Source: Flavobacteriales bacterium (GTDB taxonomy: Bacteria > Bacteroidota > Bacteroidia > Flavobacteriales_C > GCA-002722245). Taken from it: a DNA stretch of 64,000 nt. The translations under genes were made by a program, and so were the position numbers. Positions within the stretch are counted from its first letter, which is position 1. Every line of letters begins with the position of its first letter. Below the pieces are notes generated by a model. It saw only the letters and a program-made list of their open reading frames with translations, searched no databases and was not told where the DNA came from. Location: contig JAHEZM010000011.1 of assembly GCA_023251075.1 (NCBI GenBank), positions 23,663-87,662 on the forward strand, in the 5' to 3' direction. This document shows, piece after piece, positions 40,754 to 50,056 of this stretch.

Positions 40754-42067
40754 ATGGGAATTATCATTACTATAGTATGGGCTGCCGTTGTTGGTTTTAT
40801 TATTTGGAAACTTCCCTTATTTGGTAAATTCGGATTACAACGAAAAACATTACTGGCAGTATATGGAATTCATGTGTTAGCTGGTATAGCACTTACCTTA
40901 ATTTACAGCTATCATTATCCCGACAGGAATTTAGCAGATACATTCAAATACTTCGATGACAGTAAAGTTTTATATGAATTTCTTTTCACCGATCCAATTG
41001 AATTTTTTAGAATAATAGTGGGATACAAAAGCGACAATATTCATTTGAAACCCGTCTTCGAACAAATGAACAATTGGTATCAAATCAACAATAAATATTT
41101 CTACAACGATAACCGCACTTTAATTAGGATTAATGCAATATTGATGATCTTCTCTTTTGGAAATTATGGAGTACATCTAATGTTTTTCTGCTTTTGTTCT
41201 TTCCTCGGAAAACTATTTATTTACAAAGCGTTTCAAAACGTTTTCAAAGAAAGAAAAACACTACTTTTTTTAAGCATTTTTCTAATCCCTTCTGTAGTTT
41301 TCTGGTCGTCGGGAATTTTAAAAGAAGGATTATTACTTCTTCTTTTGGGGCTCTTATTTTTAGGATTTGAACGCTGGGCAGAAAATCCCAAATCAATAAA
41401 ATATTTTCTAATTTCTGTATTGAGTGTTTGGGGAATGTTTTTCGTGAAATTCTATGTAGTAATTACGCTGACTCCTGGCATTCTTGCCATTTTTTGGTTG
41501 AAAAGAACGCAATACAAAAAACCATTTTTAAAGATGGGAATCACTCATGCAATTTGTGTTATTGCCTTTTTAATTTTTCATTTCGTGAGTCCTTTTCATT
41601 CTTTCATTAATGGATTAAAATGGCAAAAGAAAAATTTCTATGGTTTAGCAAAAACAATGGAGTCGGGCAGTGTAATTGAAACGCAAGATTTAGAAAACAA
41701 CTTACTTAGCTTCATTTTAAATCTTCCTGAAGGATTCATCAATGGATTTTTTCGTCCGTTTATCTGGCAAGGATTTTCATCTCCTGTGGTAATGGCTGCA
41801 GCGCTGGAAAATTTATTATGGATTGTTTTAATCTTCTTTGCTGTTAAATGGTTTAAAAAACCCGATTCAAAACACCTGAGTTACTTTTTATTATTCTTCT
41901 CCTTTACTCTTCTGTTGTTTACCGTATTGGGTGTAGTTACTCCTATCATTGGCACTTTAGTGAGATATAAAATTCCGGCTTTGCCATTTTTAGTTTTATC
42001 GCTTTTCATTTTAATTAATGAAGAAAAAACAAAGTTTTTGGAAGAAAGAATCGGGAAAAACCTTTAA
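40754..42067 (+). CDS. hypothetical polytopic membrane protein (about 10 TM)
   Basis: 437 aa. Its start sits directly adjacent to the dnaX C-terminal ORF stop. Possible glycosyltransferase or O-antigen-polymerase-like topology, no firm family. Confidence 0.55.
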   Translation: MGIIITIVWAAVVGFIIWKLPLFGKFGLQRKTLLAVYGIHVLAGIALTLIYSYHYPDRNLADTFKYFDDSKVLYEFLFTDPIEFFRIIVGYKSDNIHLKPVFEQMNNWYQINNKYFYNDNRTLIRINAILMIFSFGNYGVHLMFFCFCSFLGKLFIYKAFQNVFKERKTLLFLSIFLIPSVVFWSSGILKEGLLLLLLGLLFLGFERWAENPKSIKYFLISVLSVWGMFFVKFYVVITLTPGILAIFWLKRTQYKKPFLKMGITHAICVIAFLIFHFVSPFHSFINGLKWQKKNFYGLAKTMESGSVIETQDLENNLLSFILNLPEGFINGFFRPFIWQGFSSPVVMAAALENLLWIVLIFFAVKWFKKPDSKHLSYFLLFFSFTLLLFTVLGVVTPIIGTLVRYKIPALPFLVLSLFILINEEKTKFLEERIGKNL

Positions 42068-42086
42068 TAGGAGTCAACAATATTCA

Positions 42087-42305
42087 CTATTCCATTTTCA
42101 CTAAATCAGCCACCTCTTTACCCATCGCCTTTGCTATCTGTACTAGTGTAAGAAAACTTGGATTGAAATTTTCGTTTTCTATTCTCCTAATCGTGCGCTC
42201 ATCCACCCCACAATCCACCTGTGTTAGATTCTTTTCTTTCCGAAACCTTTTCAGATTATTCTTACACTGAAATAAAAGATAATTTTCTTGCAGAAAAAGG
42301 AAATT
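42087..42305 (-). pseudogene. XRE-family helix-turn-helix gene lacking an ATG start (probable remnant)
   Basis: The minus-strand frame encodes ...NNLKRFRKEKNLTQVDCGVDERTIRRIENENFNPSFLTLVQIAKAMGKEVADLVKME*, a clear Cro/C1-type HTH. No in-frame ATG lies between the upstream stop and the HTH, and helix 2 is shortened. Confidence 0.4.
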
Positions 42306-42383
42306 TTAAACTTCCATGTAAACTCGTAACTTCACGAAGTTGCGCTTCGCTAAACTTCATGAGGCAGTTAAAATTTCATCTGG

Positions 42384-42881
42384 TTAGCGTGAAACAGATC
42401 TTTTCTTTCGCGCTTTCTTTTTCTTCTTTTTCCATTTTTCCTTTCTAAGCAAATCTTCTGCTAAATCAATACATAAGCAACAAATATTTCCCCAAGAATC
42501 ATCACCTTCTTTATCGAAATGATATGCATTTACAAAATTGTAATATGCTCGAACTGTATTTTTATTTTTCTTTGCCTCCACTAAAATATTAAACGCCTTT
42601 CGTCGGTAATCCTCACGAAATATATCCTCAACATATTTAAGCAAAATCTCATCAGTAATATTAATTGGTTGATCTAACAGTTTGTTCTGTTCTTTCCTTT
42701 GAGATTTTGATTCGTCATCAGCAAACATGTCTCTTAACAATCCTTGATTCCATGCCAAAAAATCTTCTTTGTTTTTTATAGGAAAAGCCGCTTTAGAATT
42801 CCCCTTCTTATCTGGCTGATATAACCAAATTGTTTTTTCTAATTGTTTTTTTGTTTTTCGAGGAATTCTAAATTTTTTCAT
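42384..42881 (-). CDS. hypothetical protein with polybasic C-terminal tail
   Basis: 165 aa, C-terminus KEKWKKKKKKARKKRSVSR. Lies 20 nt downstream of higA in the same orientation. Confidence 0.5.
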   Translation of the reverse strand: MKKFRIPRKTKKQLEKTIWLYQPDKKGNSKAAFPIKNKEDFLAWNQGLLRDMFADDESKSQRKEQNKLLDQPINITDEILLKYVEDIFREDYRRKAFNILVEAKKNKNTVRAYYNFVNAYHFDKEGDDSWGNICCLCIDLAEDLLRKEKWKKKKKKARKKRSVSR

Positions 42882-42901
42882 ATAAAAAAGAATTTAATTC
42901 A

Positions 42902-43303
42902 TTACGATGCCATCTTATAATTTCTCAAATCATAAGGCACATTTAATTTCTCTTGATTGACCTTAAAATAATCGGAAATTTTTCTGATAAAAATCTTACC
43001 CATTCCTTTTTTGTAATGTAATATATCACTTATAGTACCTTTAGAAATACCCGTTTCAGCAGAAAGTTTTGCAGCAGATATTTTATTTTCTTCCATCAAT
43101 GCTTTAATGAATTCAACGGGATTCGATTCCGCAGCTTTAGATTGATTTCTAACATCATAATCCTTAATTAATACATAAAGTAATTCTGCCAATTCATTCT
43201 TACTTTCATCTAAACCTTTTGCAATGCAATCACTTACGATTTTCTCGTATTGTTTACAGTATTTTTGGTATTGTGTTTTGGTATTTATTCTAGAGTATTC
43301 CAT
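42902..43303 (-). CDS. higA: type II toxin-antitoxin system HigA-family antitoxin (C-terminal XRE HTH)
   Basis: PVEFIKALMEENKISAAKLSAETGISKGTISDILHYKKGMGKIFIRKISDYFKV matches the HigA architecture of a helical N-domain followed by an HTH. Confidence 0.8.
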   Translation of the reverse strand: MEYSRINTKTQYQKYCKQYEKIVSDCIAKGLDESKNELAELLYVLIKDYDVRNQSKAAESNPVEFIKALMEENKISAAKLSAETGISKGTISDILHYKKGMGKIFIRKISDYFKVNQEKLNVPYDLRNYKMAS

Positions 43304-43310
43304 ACCTATT

Positions 43311-43622
43311 TTATAATTCTATTTTACAAGCATCAATCTTATTATACTCGGCATGCGAACCGATAAATTTGATAAAAAGATGCACATATTTCTTTCCAAA
43401 AGCGTAGCCACATATCAATCGATAATTGTTGCCACCGATATTAAATACAACTCTTCCGCAATTCAATATATCCGCAGAATTAAAAGTGTTTAAAATATCT
43501 TCAGGTTTTTGCCAATCGACTTCCCTTACAATTTCTAAAAACCTATTAAATGAACCTTTTGCTCGAGCATTCCTTTTACAGTAATCGTAAATGGTTTCCT
43601 CTACAATCAATCGTACTCTCAT
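43311..43622 (-). CDS. higB: type II toxin-antitoxin system HigB-family toxin (RelE/ParE superfamily)
   Basis: GNNYRLICGYAFGKKYVHLFIKFIGSHAEYNKI matches the HigB/HigB2 core. Toxin-upstream-of-antitoxin order is typical of higBA. Start set at the internal Met (MRVRLIVEE). Confidence 0.8.
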   Translation of the reverse strand: MRVRLIVEETIYDYCKRNARAKGSFNRFLEIVREVDWQKPEDILNTFNSADILNCGRVVFNIGGNNYRLICGYAFGKKYVHLFIKFIGSHAEYNKIDACKIEL

Positions 43623-43930
43623 GACCGTGAATGTGAAATTACAAAAGTTCGCTTTAGCGAACAAGTGTTTAGTTAAATATTTTGTTTAGTTAGAACGAAA
43701 ATAAAAATTAATTACAATAATGAAGACTACATAATACAATTTTCCCCAGCCCTTTAAGTTTTTAAGTTAGAGAAACTCCTCTCCTGTAAAAGTTTCCAGC
43801 TTCTTACATTGAAATAAAACACAATATTTTTTTTTGCAAAAAATGAAAATGAAAACTTCCAACACAAACGTTTAGTTTCGTAAAGTCGCCTCCAGCGGCT
43901 GACGGATGCCAAGGGGGAATCAAAAAAACA

Positions 43931-43960
43931 AAAAGGCGACCAAATTAGTCGCCTTTTCAT
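43931..43960 (-). terminator. intrinsic terminator of the flotillin-like gene
   Basis: ggcgac caaatta gtcgcc hairpin, preceded on the plus strand by an A-run (U-tract on the minus strand). Confidence 0.55.
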
Positions 43961-43974
43961 TTTAGGATTTTATA

Positions 43975-45894
43975 TTATTTCTTTTCTTCACCTTTATCTT
44001 TCTTACCTGCATCCATCATTTCCATTAATTTTAAACCCAATAATCCACTCATAGGATTGGCGTCACCGCCATTGCCATTAATTAAAACATCAGGAATAAC
44101 TTTAATGTGACCTTTACCAATTTCCTCGGTGATTTTGTATTTCGTAAAGTTGTCGCCGCCCATTGCTTTAACTTGCAACTCGTAAGCATTAGCTGTTGAT
44201 TTACCAATAGCCATAATCTTTTCTGCCTCTGCATTACCTGTAACAGAAATTCTTTCGGCTTCTGCATTGGCAATTAATTTTGTTGCTTCCGAATCGGCTT
44301 GTGCTTTTAATCGTGTTGCTTCTGCCGATGCCTGTGCACGCATTTTTGTTGCTTCTGCCTCTGCATGAACTTGTAGCTTCACGCTGGCACCATCACCTTC
44401 TGCTTTTTTCACTGTAGCATTTGCTGTACGCTCAGCAATTTCAACAGATTGTTGGGCCTTTACAATTTCCTTTTGCATATCGGCAATGGCAGTTTCTTTT
44501 TCTACACCCTGGCGTTTTTCTTGCGCTTTTTTCTGTGTTTCAAAAGTCAACTCTTCCTCTTGCGCAATTTTTCTATCGGTTAATGTTTTCATCAAAGATG
44601 CAGGAGGAACGATATCACCAATTAAGGTATCTACCGCATTAACATTGTATTCATCCAACACTTTCCTAATATGATCTTTTGCCGATTGTTGTCTTTCTTT
44701 ACGTGTTCCCAGGAAAGAAATTACATCGCTATCCTGCGCAGAGTTTCTAAAATAGTTACCAATAGTTGGTTCTAAAACTTGCGAAACCAAGTTCACCATA
44801 TTTCCAAAACGCGCAATCACTTTTGGTGCTTCGGTAGATGGAATATGAATGATTTGTGCTACATCTAAGTTAAATGGAAAACCATCTTTTGAACGTACTG
44901 TAATGGTAGATAAATTTTTATCTAAACTGTGCGATTCGCTTCTTGCATTTGCCCAGTTCAATACCAGGTTGGTGGTAGGAACCAACTCAACTTTCATGAT
45001 GTATTTATTCAAAGGATATTTACCCGGACCGTAGGGTTCATTCCATACCCCTTTAAATCCTTTTTCTACAATGTTACCATGTTTAAATTCTTCACCACTA
45101 AGATCTTTTCCTTCTTGTCCGATATAAGAAATGACAACCCCAACATGACCAATAGGAATTTCAGTCATTGGAATTTCTTCTATTTGTACTGCCCACGGAT
45201 TAATGTTGTAAGAACCCGCCAAAATAATTTGAGGTTGCAAACCACGATTACCATTATTTTTCAAGAAAGTATCAAAATCCTGAAAGTTGTTATGTCCCTC
45301 GATTTGTTTACCTGCAATTTGTCCGCCTTCAATAGGAGAACCATCCAGCGTAGTAACAATACCCACCATACTCTCATGAATTTGCACCATTTCTACCACA
45401 CTCACATCAAATAAGTGCGTATTGATTCTATATGAACCTGCTGTGATATAAGCAGTTTGACGACCTTTTTGTCCACTATTATTTAAAAAATTTTCAGAAT
45501 CCTGAAAATTATCACACTCTACTTTTCTACCCAGAATGGCACCAGTAGGAATCTCTGCTCCATCTTTAGCCAGTATCAAACCTATTTTACCTTGAGGAAT
45601 TACGATAAATGCCTGTTGTTTTATTTCGTACTGCCAAACCCATTTCCAGAAATACAAACCAGGAGCTAAAGTTTTAGCTTGAAAACCAGCTTCACCTTTT
45701 GTTGCGATAATTCTTCCATCAGGCATTTCCCGATTGCTGCCAATCAACACGAATTTTTTAGTTACCAAACCTATTTTATCTTCCGGAATAATTACCATTC
45801 CAAATAGAACACGCAAAATAAATTTGTAGAAAATTACCATAAGAACAATCACTACTACCCACCAGTAGTTTGTGAAAAAATCCAAGAGTGTCAT
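43975..45894 (-). CDS. flotillin-like SPFH/band-7 domain protein (YqiK/FloA-like)
   Basis: N-terminal TM segment, SPFH domain and a long Ala/Glu-rich coiled coil (AEAEATKMRAQASAEATRLKAQADSEATKLIANAEAER). Confidence 0.85.
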   Translation of the reverse strand: MTLLDFFTNYWWVVVIVLMVIFYKFILRVLFGMVIIPEDKIGLVTKKFVLIGSNREMPDGRIIATKGEAGFQAKTLAPGLYFWKWVWQYEIKQQAFIVIPQGKIGLILAKDGAEIPTGAILGRKVECDNFQDSENFLNNSGQKGRQTAYITAGSYRINTHLFDVSVVEMVQIHESMVGIVTTLDGSPIEGGQIAGKQIEGHNNFQDFDTFLKNNGNRGLQPQIILAGSYNINPWAVQIEEIPMTEIPIGHVGVVISYIGQEGKDLSGEEFKHGNIVEKGFKGVWNEPYGPGKYPLNKYIMKVELVPTTNLVLNWANARSESHSLDKNLSTITVRSKDGFPFNLDVAQIIHIPSTEAPKVIARFGNMVNLVSQVLEPTIGNYFRNSAQDSDVISFLGTRKERQQSAKDHIRKVLDEYNVNAVDTLIGDIVPPASLMKTLTDRKIAQEEELTFETQKKAQEKRQGVEKETAIADMQKEIVKAQQSVEIAERTANATVKKAEGDGASVKLQVHAEAEATKMRAQASAEATRLKAQADSEATKLIANAEAERISVTGNAEAEKIMAIGKSTANAYELQVKAMGGDNFTKYKITEEIGKGHIKVIPDVLINGNGGDANPMSGLLGLKLMEMMDAGKKDKGEEKK

Positions 45895-45974
45895 AATTTT
45901 ATTTAGTTAATTGATTTCAGTAAATGTAAAAAATTCACAATTACTTCAATGTGTTTTTCTGCAATTAGCTTATT

Positions 45975-48077
45975 TTAACTAATCCTGCTCCAATTGCTTT
46001 TAGGATCGGTAATTTCGTTTAATCTTTGGGCAATATATCTGTTCTCGGGTTTAGAAATATTTTCATCTTCCTGCAAAATCTCAATAGCTTTTTGTCGGGC
46101 TATTTGAAGCGCTTGCGAATCTTTCACCAAGTCGGCAATTTTAAAATCCAGCATTCCGCTTTGTCGTGTTCCCTCGATATCTCCGGGGCCACGCAATTTC
46201 AAATCTACCTCGGCAATTTTAAATCCGTCGTTGGTATCACACATGGTGCGCATACGTGTTTTTGCTTCCGCACTTAATTTATCGGCGGTCATTAAAATGC
46301 AATAAGATTGTTCTGCACCCCTCCCCACTCTACCACGCAACTGATGTAATTGCGATAAGCCAAAACGTTCGGCACTTTCAATAATCATTACCGATGCATT
46401 AGGAACATTCACGCCTACTTCAATAACAGTGGTGGCCACCATGATCTGACAAACCCCATCTTTGAAACGTTTCATTTCAAAATCTTTGGCATCGGGCTTC
46501 ATTCGTCCGTGCATTACTGCAATTTGATAATGCGGAGGTTCAAAAGCACGCAACAAACTTTCATATCCATCCATTAAATCTTTGTAATCCATTGCTTCCG
46601 ATTCTTCAATGAGAGGATATACCACATATACTTGTCGGCCCAAAGCTATTTGATCGCGCATAAAACCAAACACGCGCAATCGTGCACCATCAGTAAAATG
46701 TTTGGTCATAATTGGTTTTCTTCCCGGCGGCAATTCATCAATAATGGAGGTATCTAAATCACCATATAAAGTCATTGCTAATGTTCGGGGTATTGGTGTT
46801 GCAGTCATCACCAAAACATGAGGAGCGCGCGTATTTTTTTTCCACAATTTAGAACGTTGCGCCACACCAAAACGATGTTGTTCATCGATCACCACCAATC
46901 CTAAATTTTTAAAAACTACAGGATCTTCAATCAATGCGTGAGTACCTACAATTACTTGTAAACTACCTCCACTTAAATTTTCTAAAATAGACTGCCGTTC
47001 TTTTCCTTTAATGGAACCAGTGAGTAATTTAACATGAATATTAAGCGGCTCGAGCAACTCAGAAAAAGTAGTAAAGTGTTGTTGCGCTAATATCTCTGTA
47101 GGAGCCATAATGGCTGCCTGAAAACCATTGTCGAGAGCAATTAAAATACTCATGAGCGCCACCATCGTTTTACCACTTCCCACATCACCCTGCAACAAAC
47201 GATTCATATGTTTCCCTGAACCCATGTCTTTACGAATTTCCTTGATCACACGCTTTTGAGCACCGGTTAATTCGAAAGGTAAATGCTTGCTGTAAAAACC
47301 ATTGAAATGATCTCCTACTTTATCGAAAATAAACCCTGCATAATTAATTTGTCGACCTTGTTTCACTTTCAAAATTCTCAACTGCGCAAAAAACAATTCA
47401 TCAAATTTCAAACGGGCAATGGCTCTATTGGCCATTTCTAAATTTTGAGGTTGATGAATTTGGTGATAAGCTTGTTCTCTCGATAGAAATTGCAAATCGG
47501 CAATGATCTCCGCATTCAATGTTTCCAAAATTTTTCCTTTCAATTCAGGAAGTAAAACAGAAATCATTTTTCTTATTCCTTTACTATCCATTCCTCTATT
47601 CTTCATGTTTTCCGAAGAATTATAAACCGGCTGTAAACCTTTTAATTCTTGCAAGGAAGCAACGGTATAAAGCGTGAGTTCGGGATGAGAAATATTAAAC
47701 TTACTACCAAACAAAGTGGGTTTACCGTAAACAATATATTCTTTCCCTAATTGCAAAGATTTTTTAATCCATTGTGCACCGCGAAACCACACCAATTCAA
47801 GAGTTCCGGTATCATCTTTAAAAATGGCGCTCAATCTTTTTCCCTTACCTGTGCCTACTTCTTCGGCACTCAACAAAACACCTTTCAATTGTACATAAGA
47901 AAGTTCAGGCGTGAGTTGATTTATTTTTTGAAACTGAGATCGATCCACATATTTAAAGGGGAAATGATTCAATAAATCTTCAAAAGAAAAAATATTCAAA
48001 TCCAATTGGAGAGTAGCGGCACGCTGCGGCCCCACTCCTTTTAAAAATTCTATAGATGTTTTTAGAACATCACCCAT
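45975..48077 (-). CDS. recG: ATP-dependent DNA helicase RecG
   Basis: Wedge domain plus helicase motifs. LPFELTGAQKRVIKEI and GDVGSGKT (Walker A), DEQHRFG (DExH). Confidence 0.95.
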   Translation of the reverse strand: MGDVLKTSIEFLKGVGPQRAATLQLDLNIFSFEDLLNHFPFKYVDRSQFQKINQLTPELSYVQLKGVLLSAEEVGTGKGKRLSAIFKDDTGTLELVWFRGAQWIKKSLQLGKEYIVYGKPTLFGSKFNISHPELTLYTVASLQELKGLQPVYNSSENMKNRGMDSKGIRKMISVLLPELKGKILETLNAEIIADLQFLSREQAYHQIHQPQNLEMANRAIARLKFDELFFAQLRILKVKQGRQINYAGFIFDKVGDHFNGFYSKHLPFELTGAQKRVIKEIRKDMGSGKHMNRLLQGDVGSGKTMVALMSILIALDNGFQAAIMAPTEILAQQHFTTFSELLEPLNIHVKLLTGSIKGKERQSILENLSGGSLQVIVGTHALIEDPVVFKNLGLVVIDEQHRFGVAQRSKLWKKNTRAPHVLVMTATPIPRTLAMTLYGDLDTSIIDELPPGRKPIMTKHFTDGARLRVFGFMRDQIALGRQVYVVYPLIEESEAMDYKDLMDGYESLLRAFEPPHYQIAVMHGRMKPDAKDFEMKRFKDGVCQIMVATTVIEVGVNVPNASVMIIESAERFGLSQLHQLRGRVGRGAEQSYCILMTADKLSAEAKTRMRTMCDTNDGFKIAEVDLKLRGPGDIEGTRQSGMLDFKIADLVKDSQALQIARQKAIEILQEDENISKPENRYIAQRLNEITDPKSNWSRIS

Positions 48078-48135
48078 TTTATAAAAATAGGAAAGAAATG
48101 TTTAAGTATCTTGCATAACAAATAACTTTACGAAC

Positions 48136-49119
48136 ATGAATATTTTGATAGCCGATAATGGAAAAATTCCCGCCATAAATTACGGAGGAACAGAGCGTGT
48201 AATTTGGTATTTAGGAAAGGAATTAGTGAAGTTGGGGCACAAAGTTTTTTATTTGGTGAAAGAAGGATCAAGCTGCGATTTTGCTACAGTAATTATTCGT
48301 AATCCGGAACAAAGTATCTGCTCTCAAATTCCTGATTCAATAGATATTGTTCATTTTAATTACTCCCCAAAAGAGGAAATAAAAAAACCGTATATCGTTA
48401 CTATACATGGCAACAGCAACGACAAAAATGAATTGGATTTAAACTCGGTTTTTGTATCGAAAAATCACGCTGAAAGATATGCTTCAAACTCTTATGTGTA
48501 CAATGGATTAGATTGGAACGACTATGGAAAAGTACAACTGAATAACGAAAGAAAATATTTTCATTTCTTAGCAAAAGCTGCATGGAGAGTGAAGAATGTA
48601 AAAGGTGCCATTTCAGTAATTGAACAAACACCCAAAGAAAAATTACATGTAATTGGTGGAACAAGATTAAATATTTCAATGGGATTCAGATTCACCACCA
48701 GTTTAAGAGTTCGCTTTCATGGAATGCTGGGAGGAAAAGAGAAATTACAAGTTTTACAAAACTCAAAAGGATTGATTTTTCCGGTACTGTGGAATGAACC
48801 CTTTGGATTGTCTATTGTGGAAAGTTTGTATTTCGGTTGTCCGGTTTTTGGAACTCCCTACGGATCATTAAATGAAATTGTAAACAAAGAAGTTGGTTTT
48901 TTATCCTCACACTCCAGTGAATTGGCAACAGAAATTCAAAACGTAAATAAATACGACAGAAAAAAATGTCACGACTATGCTATAGAATTTTTCAATTCTG
49001 AAAAGATGGCAAAAAATTATGCGGAAAAATACGAAGTGGTTTTGAACGGAAAATTATTGAATGAAAAAAATCCACAGTTGATAGAAATTCAAAAAGACAG
49101 GTTTTTAAGTTGGGATTAA
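48136..49119 (+). CDS. glycosyltransferase (GT-B, GT4-like)
   Basis: WNEPFGLSIVESLYFGCPVFGTPYGSLNEIV matches the EX7E region of retaining GT-B glycosyltransferases. Confidence 0.7.
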   Translation: MNILIADNGKIPAINYGGTERVIWYLGKELVKLGHKVFYLVKEGSSCDFATVIIRNPEQSICSQIPDSIDIVHFNYSPKEEIKKPYIVTIHGNSNDKNELDLNSVFVSKNHAERYASNSYVYNGLDWNDYGKVQLNNERKYFHFLAKAAWRVKNVKGAISVIEQTPKEKLHVIGGTRLNISMGFRFTTSLRVRFHGMLGGKEKLQVLQNSKGLIFPVLWNEPFGLSIVESLYFGCPVFGTPYGSLNEIVNKEVGFLSSHSSELATEIQNVNKYDRKKCHDYAIEFFNSEKMAKNYAEKYEVVLNGKLLNEKNPQLIEIQKDRFLSWD

Positions 49120-49245
49120 TCCTGAAAAATTTATCCACTGAAATTTTCCCTCCTTTATCCAACTGATTTAATGCAATTTGAATTTCTTGCCGCTGTTCGT
49201 CAGATAATTCTTAATCCAAAATTATTTTGATTCAAAAACAAAAGG

Positions 49246-49977
49246 TTAAACTATCACCCCTGCTATTTCCCTAATCAACTCCCTATTCCCTTCGATTGCA
49301 TTACCCACCACAACCACATCAGCACCGGCATCAAAAAGAGCTTTTGCTTTTTCGGCAGAACGAACTCCGCCACCGATAATTAAAGGAATATCGATATTCT
49401 TTTTTACTGCTGAAACTACAACCTCGCTTACTGGATTTAGCGCACCACTACCCGCATCCATAAAAATAAGTTTGAGCCCGAGCATCTCTCCCGCCATCGC
49501 TGTACACACCGCAATATCTCTTTTGTTGGCAGGAATTGGAGTTGTATTACTCATATAACTCACAGAACTAGGTGTTCCACCATCAATGAGCATGTATCCT
49601 GTGGGAATAACCTCTAAACCAGAATCTCTTATAATAGGTGCTGAAATAACATGTTTACCAATCAATAAATCGGGATTTCTACCACTAATCAACGATAAAA
49701 ACAAAATCGCATCAGCATGAGAATTGATTTGTAAATTATCCCCAGGAAACAAAACCACAGGAATTTGTGTATGCAATTTAATCACTTCTATACAATCGCT
49801 TAAACAATCTTGTGTAAGCAAACTTCCTCCCACAAAAAGATAATCCACCTTATATTGATTAGCCAAGTCACAAAGTGCTTCCAAAGAATCTTCGTTTTCT
49901 TTATCGGGATCAATTAAAACAGCAAACTGCTTTTTGCCTTCGGCCGACCTATTAAATATGTGTTGATAAATGTTCAT
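49246..49977 (-). CDS. geranylgeranylglyceryl/heptaprenylglyceryl phosphate synthase family protein (PcrB-like)
   Basis: TIM-barrel GGGPS signature, FVGGS near the N-terminus and IIGGGVRSAEKAKALFDAGADVVVVGN at the C-terminus. Confidence 0.8.
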   Translation of the reverse strand: MNIYQHIFNRSAEGKKQFAVLIDPDKENEDSLEALCDLANQYKVDYLFVGGSLLTQDCLSDCIEVIKLHTQIPVVLFPGDNLQINSHADAILFLSLISGRNPDLLIGKHVISAPIIRDSGLEVIPTGYMLIDGGTPSSVSYMSNTTPIPANKRDIAVCTAMAGEMLGLKLIFMDAGSGALNPVSEVVVSAVKKNIDIPLIIGGGVRSAEKAKALFDAGADVVVVGNAIEGNRELIREIAGVIV

Positions 49978-50056
49978 ATAAGGTCGGCTAAAATAATGAA
50001 TTTATAATTGTATTAAGTATGAACATTTTGTAAGTTTGCGCAAATTAAATTTTAAC

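Noticed and set aside
42221-42448. 75-aa plus-strand ORF
   Set aside because: Low-complexity and opposite to the well-formed HTH reading frame on the minus strand. It overlaps the 3' end of the 165-aa gene.
43754-43960. 68-aa minus-strand ORF in the higB-flotillin intergenic region
   Set aside because: It overlaps the flotillin terminator hairpin and a T9 run, and it has no start context or homology. Most likely non-coding.
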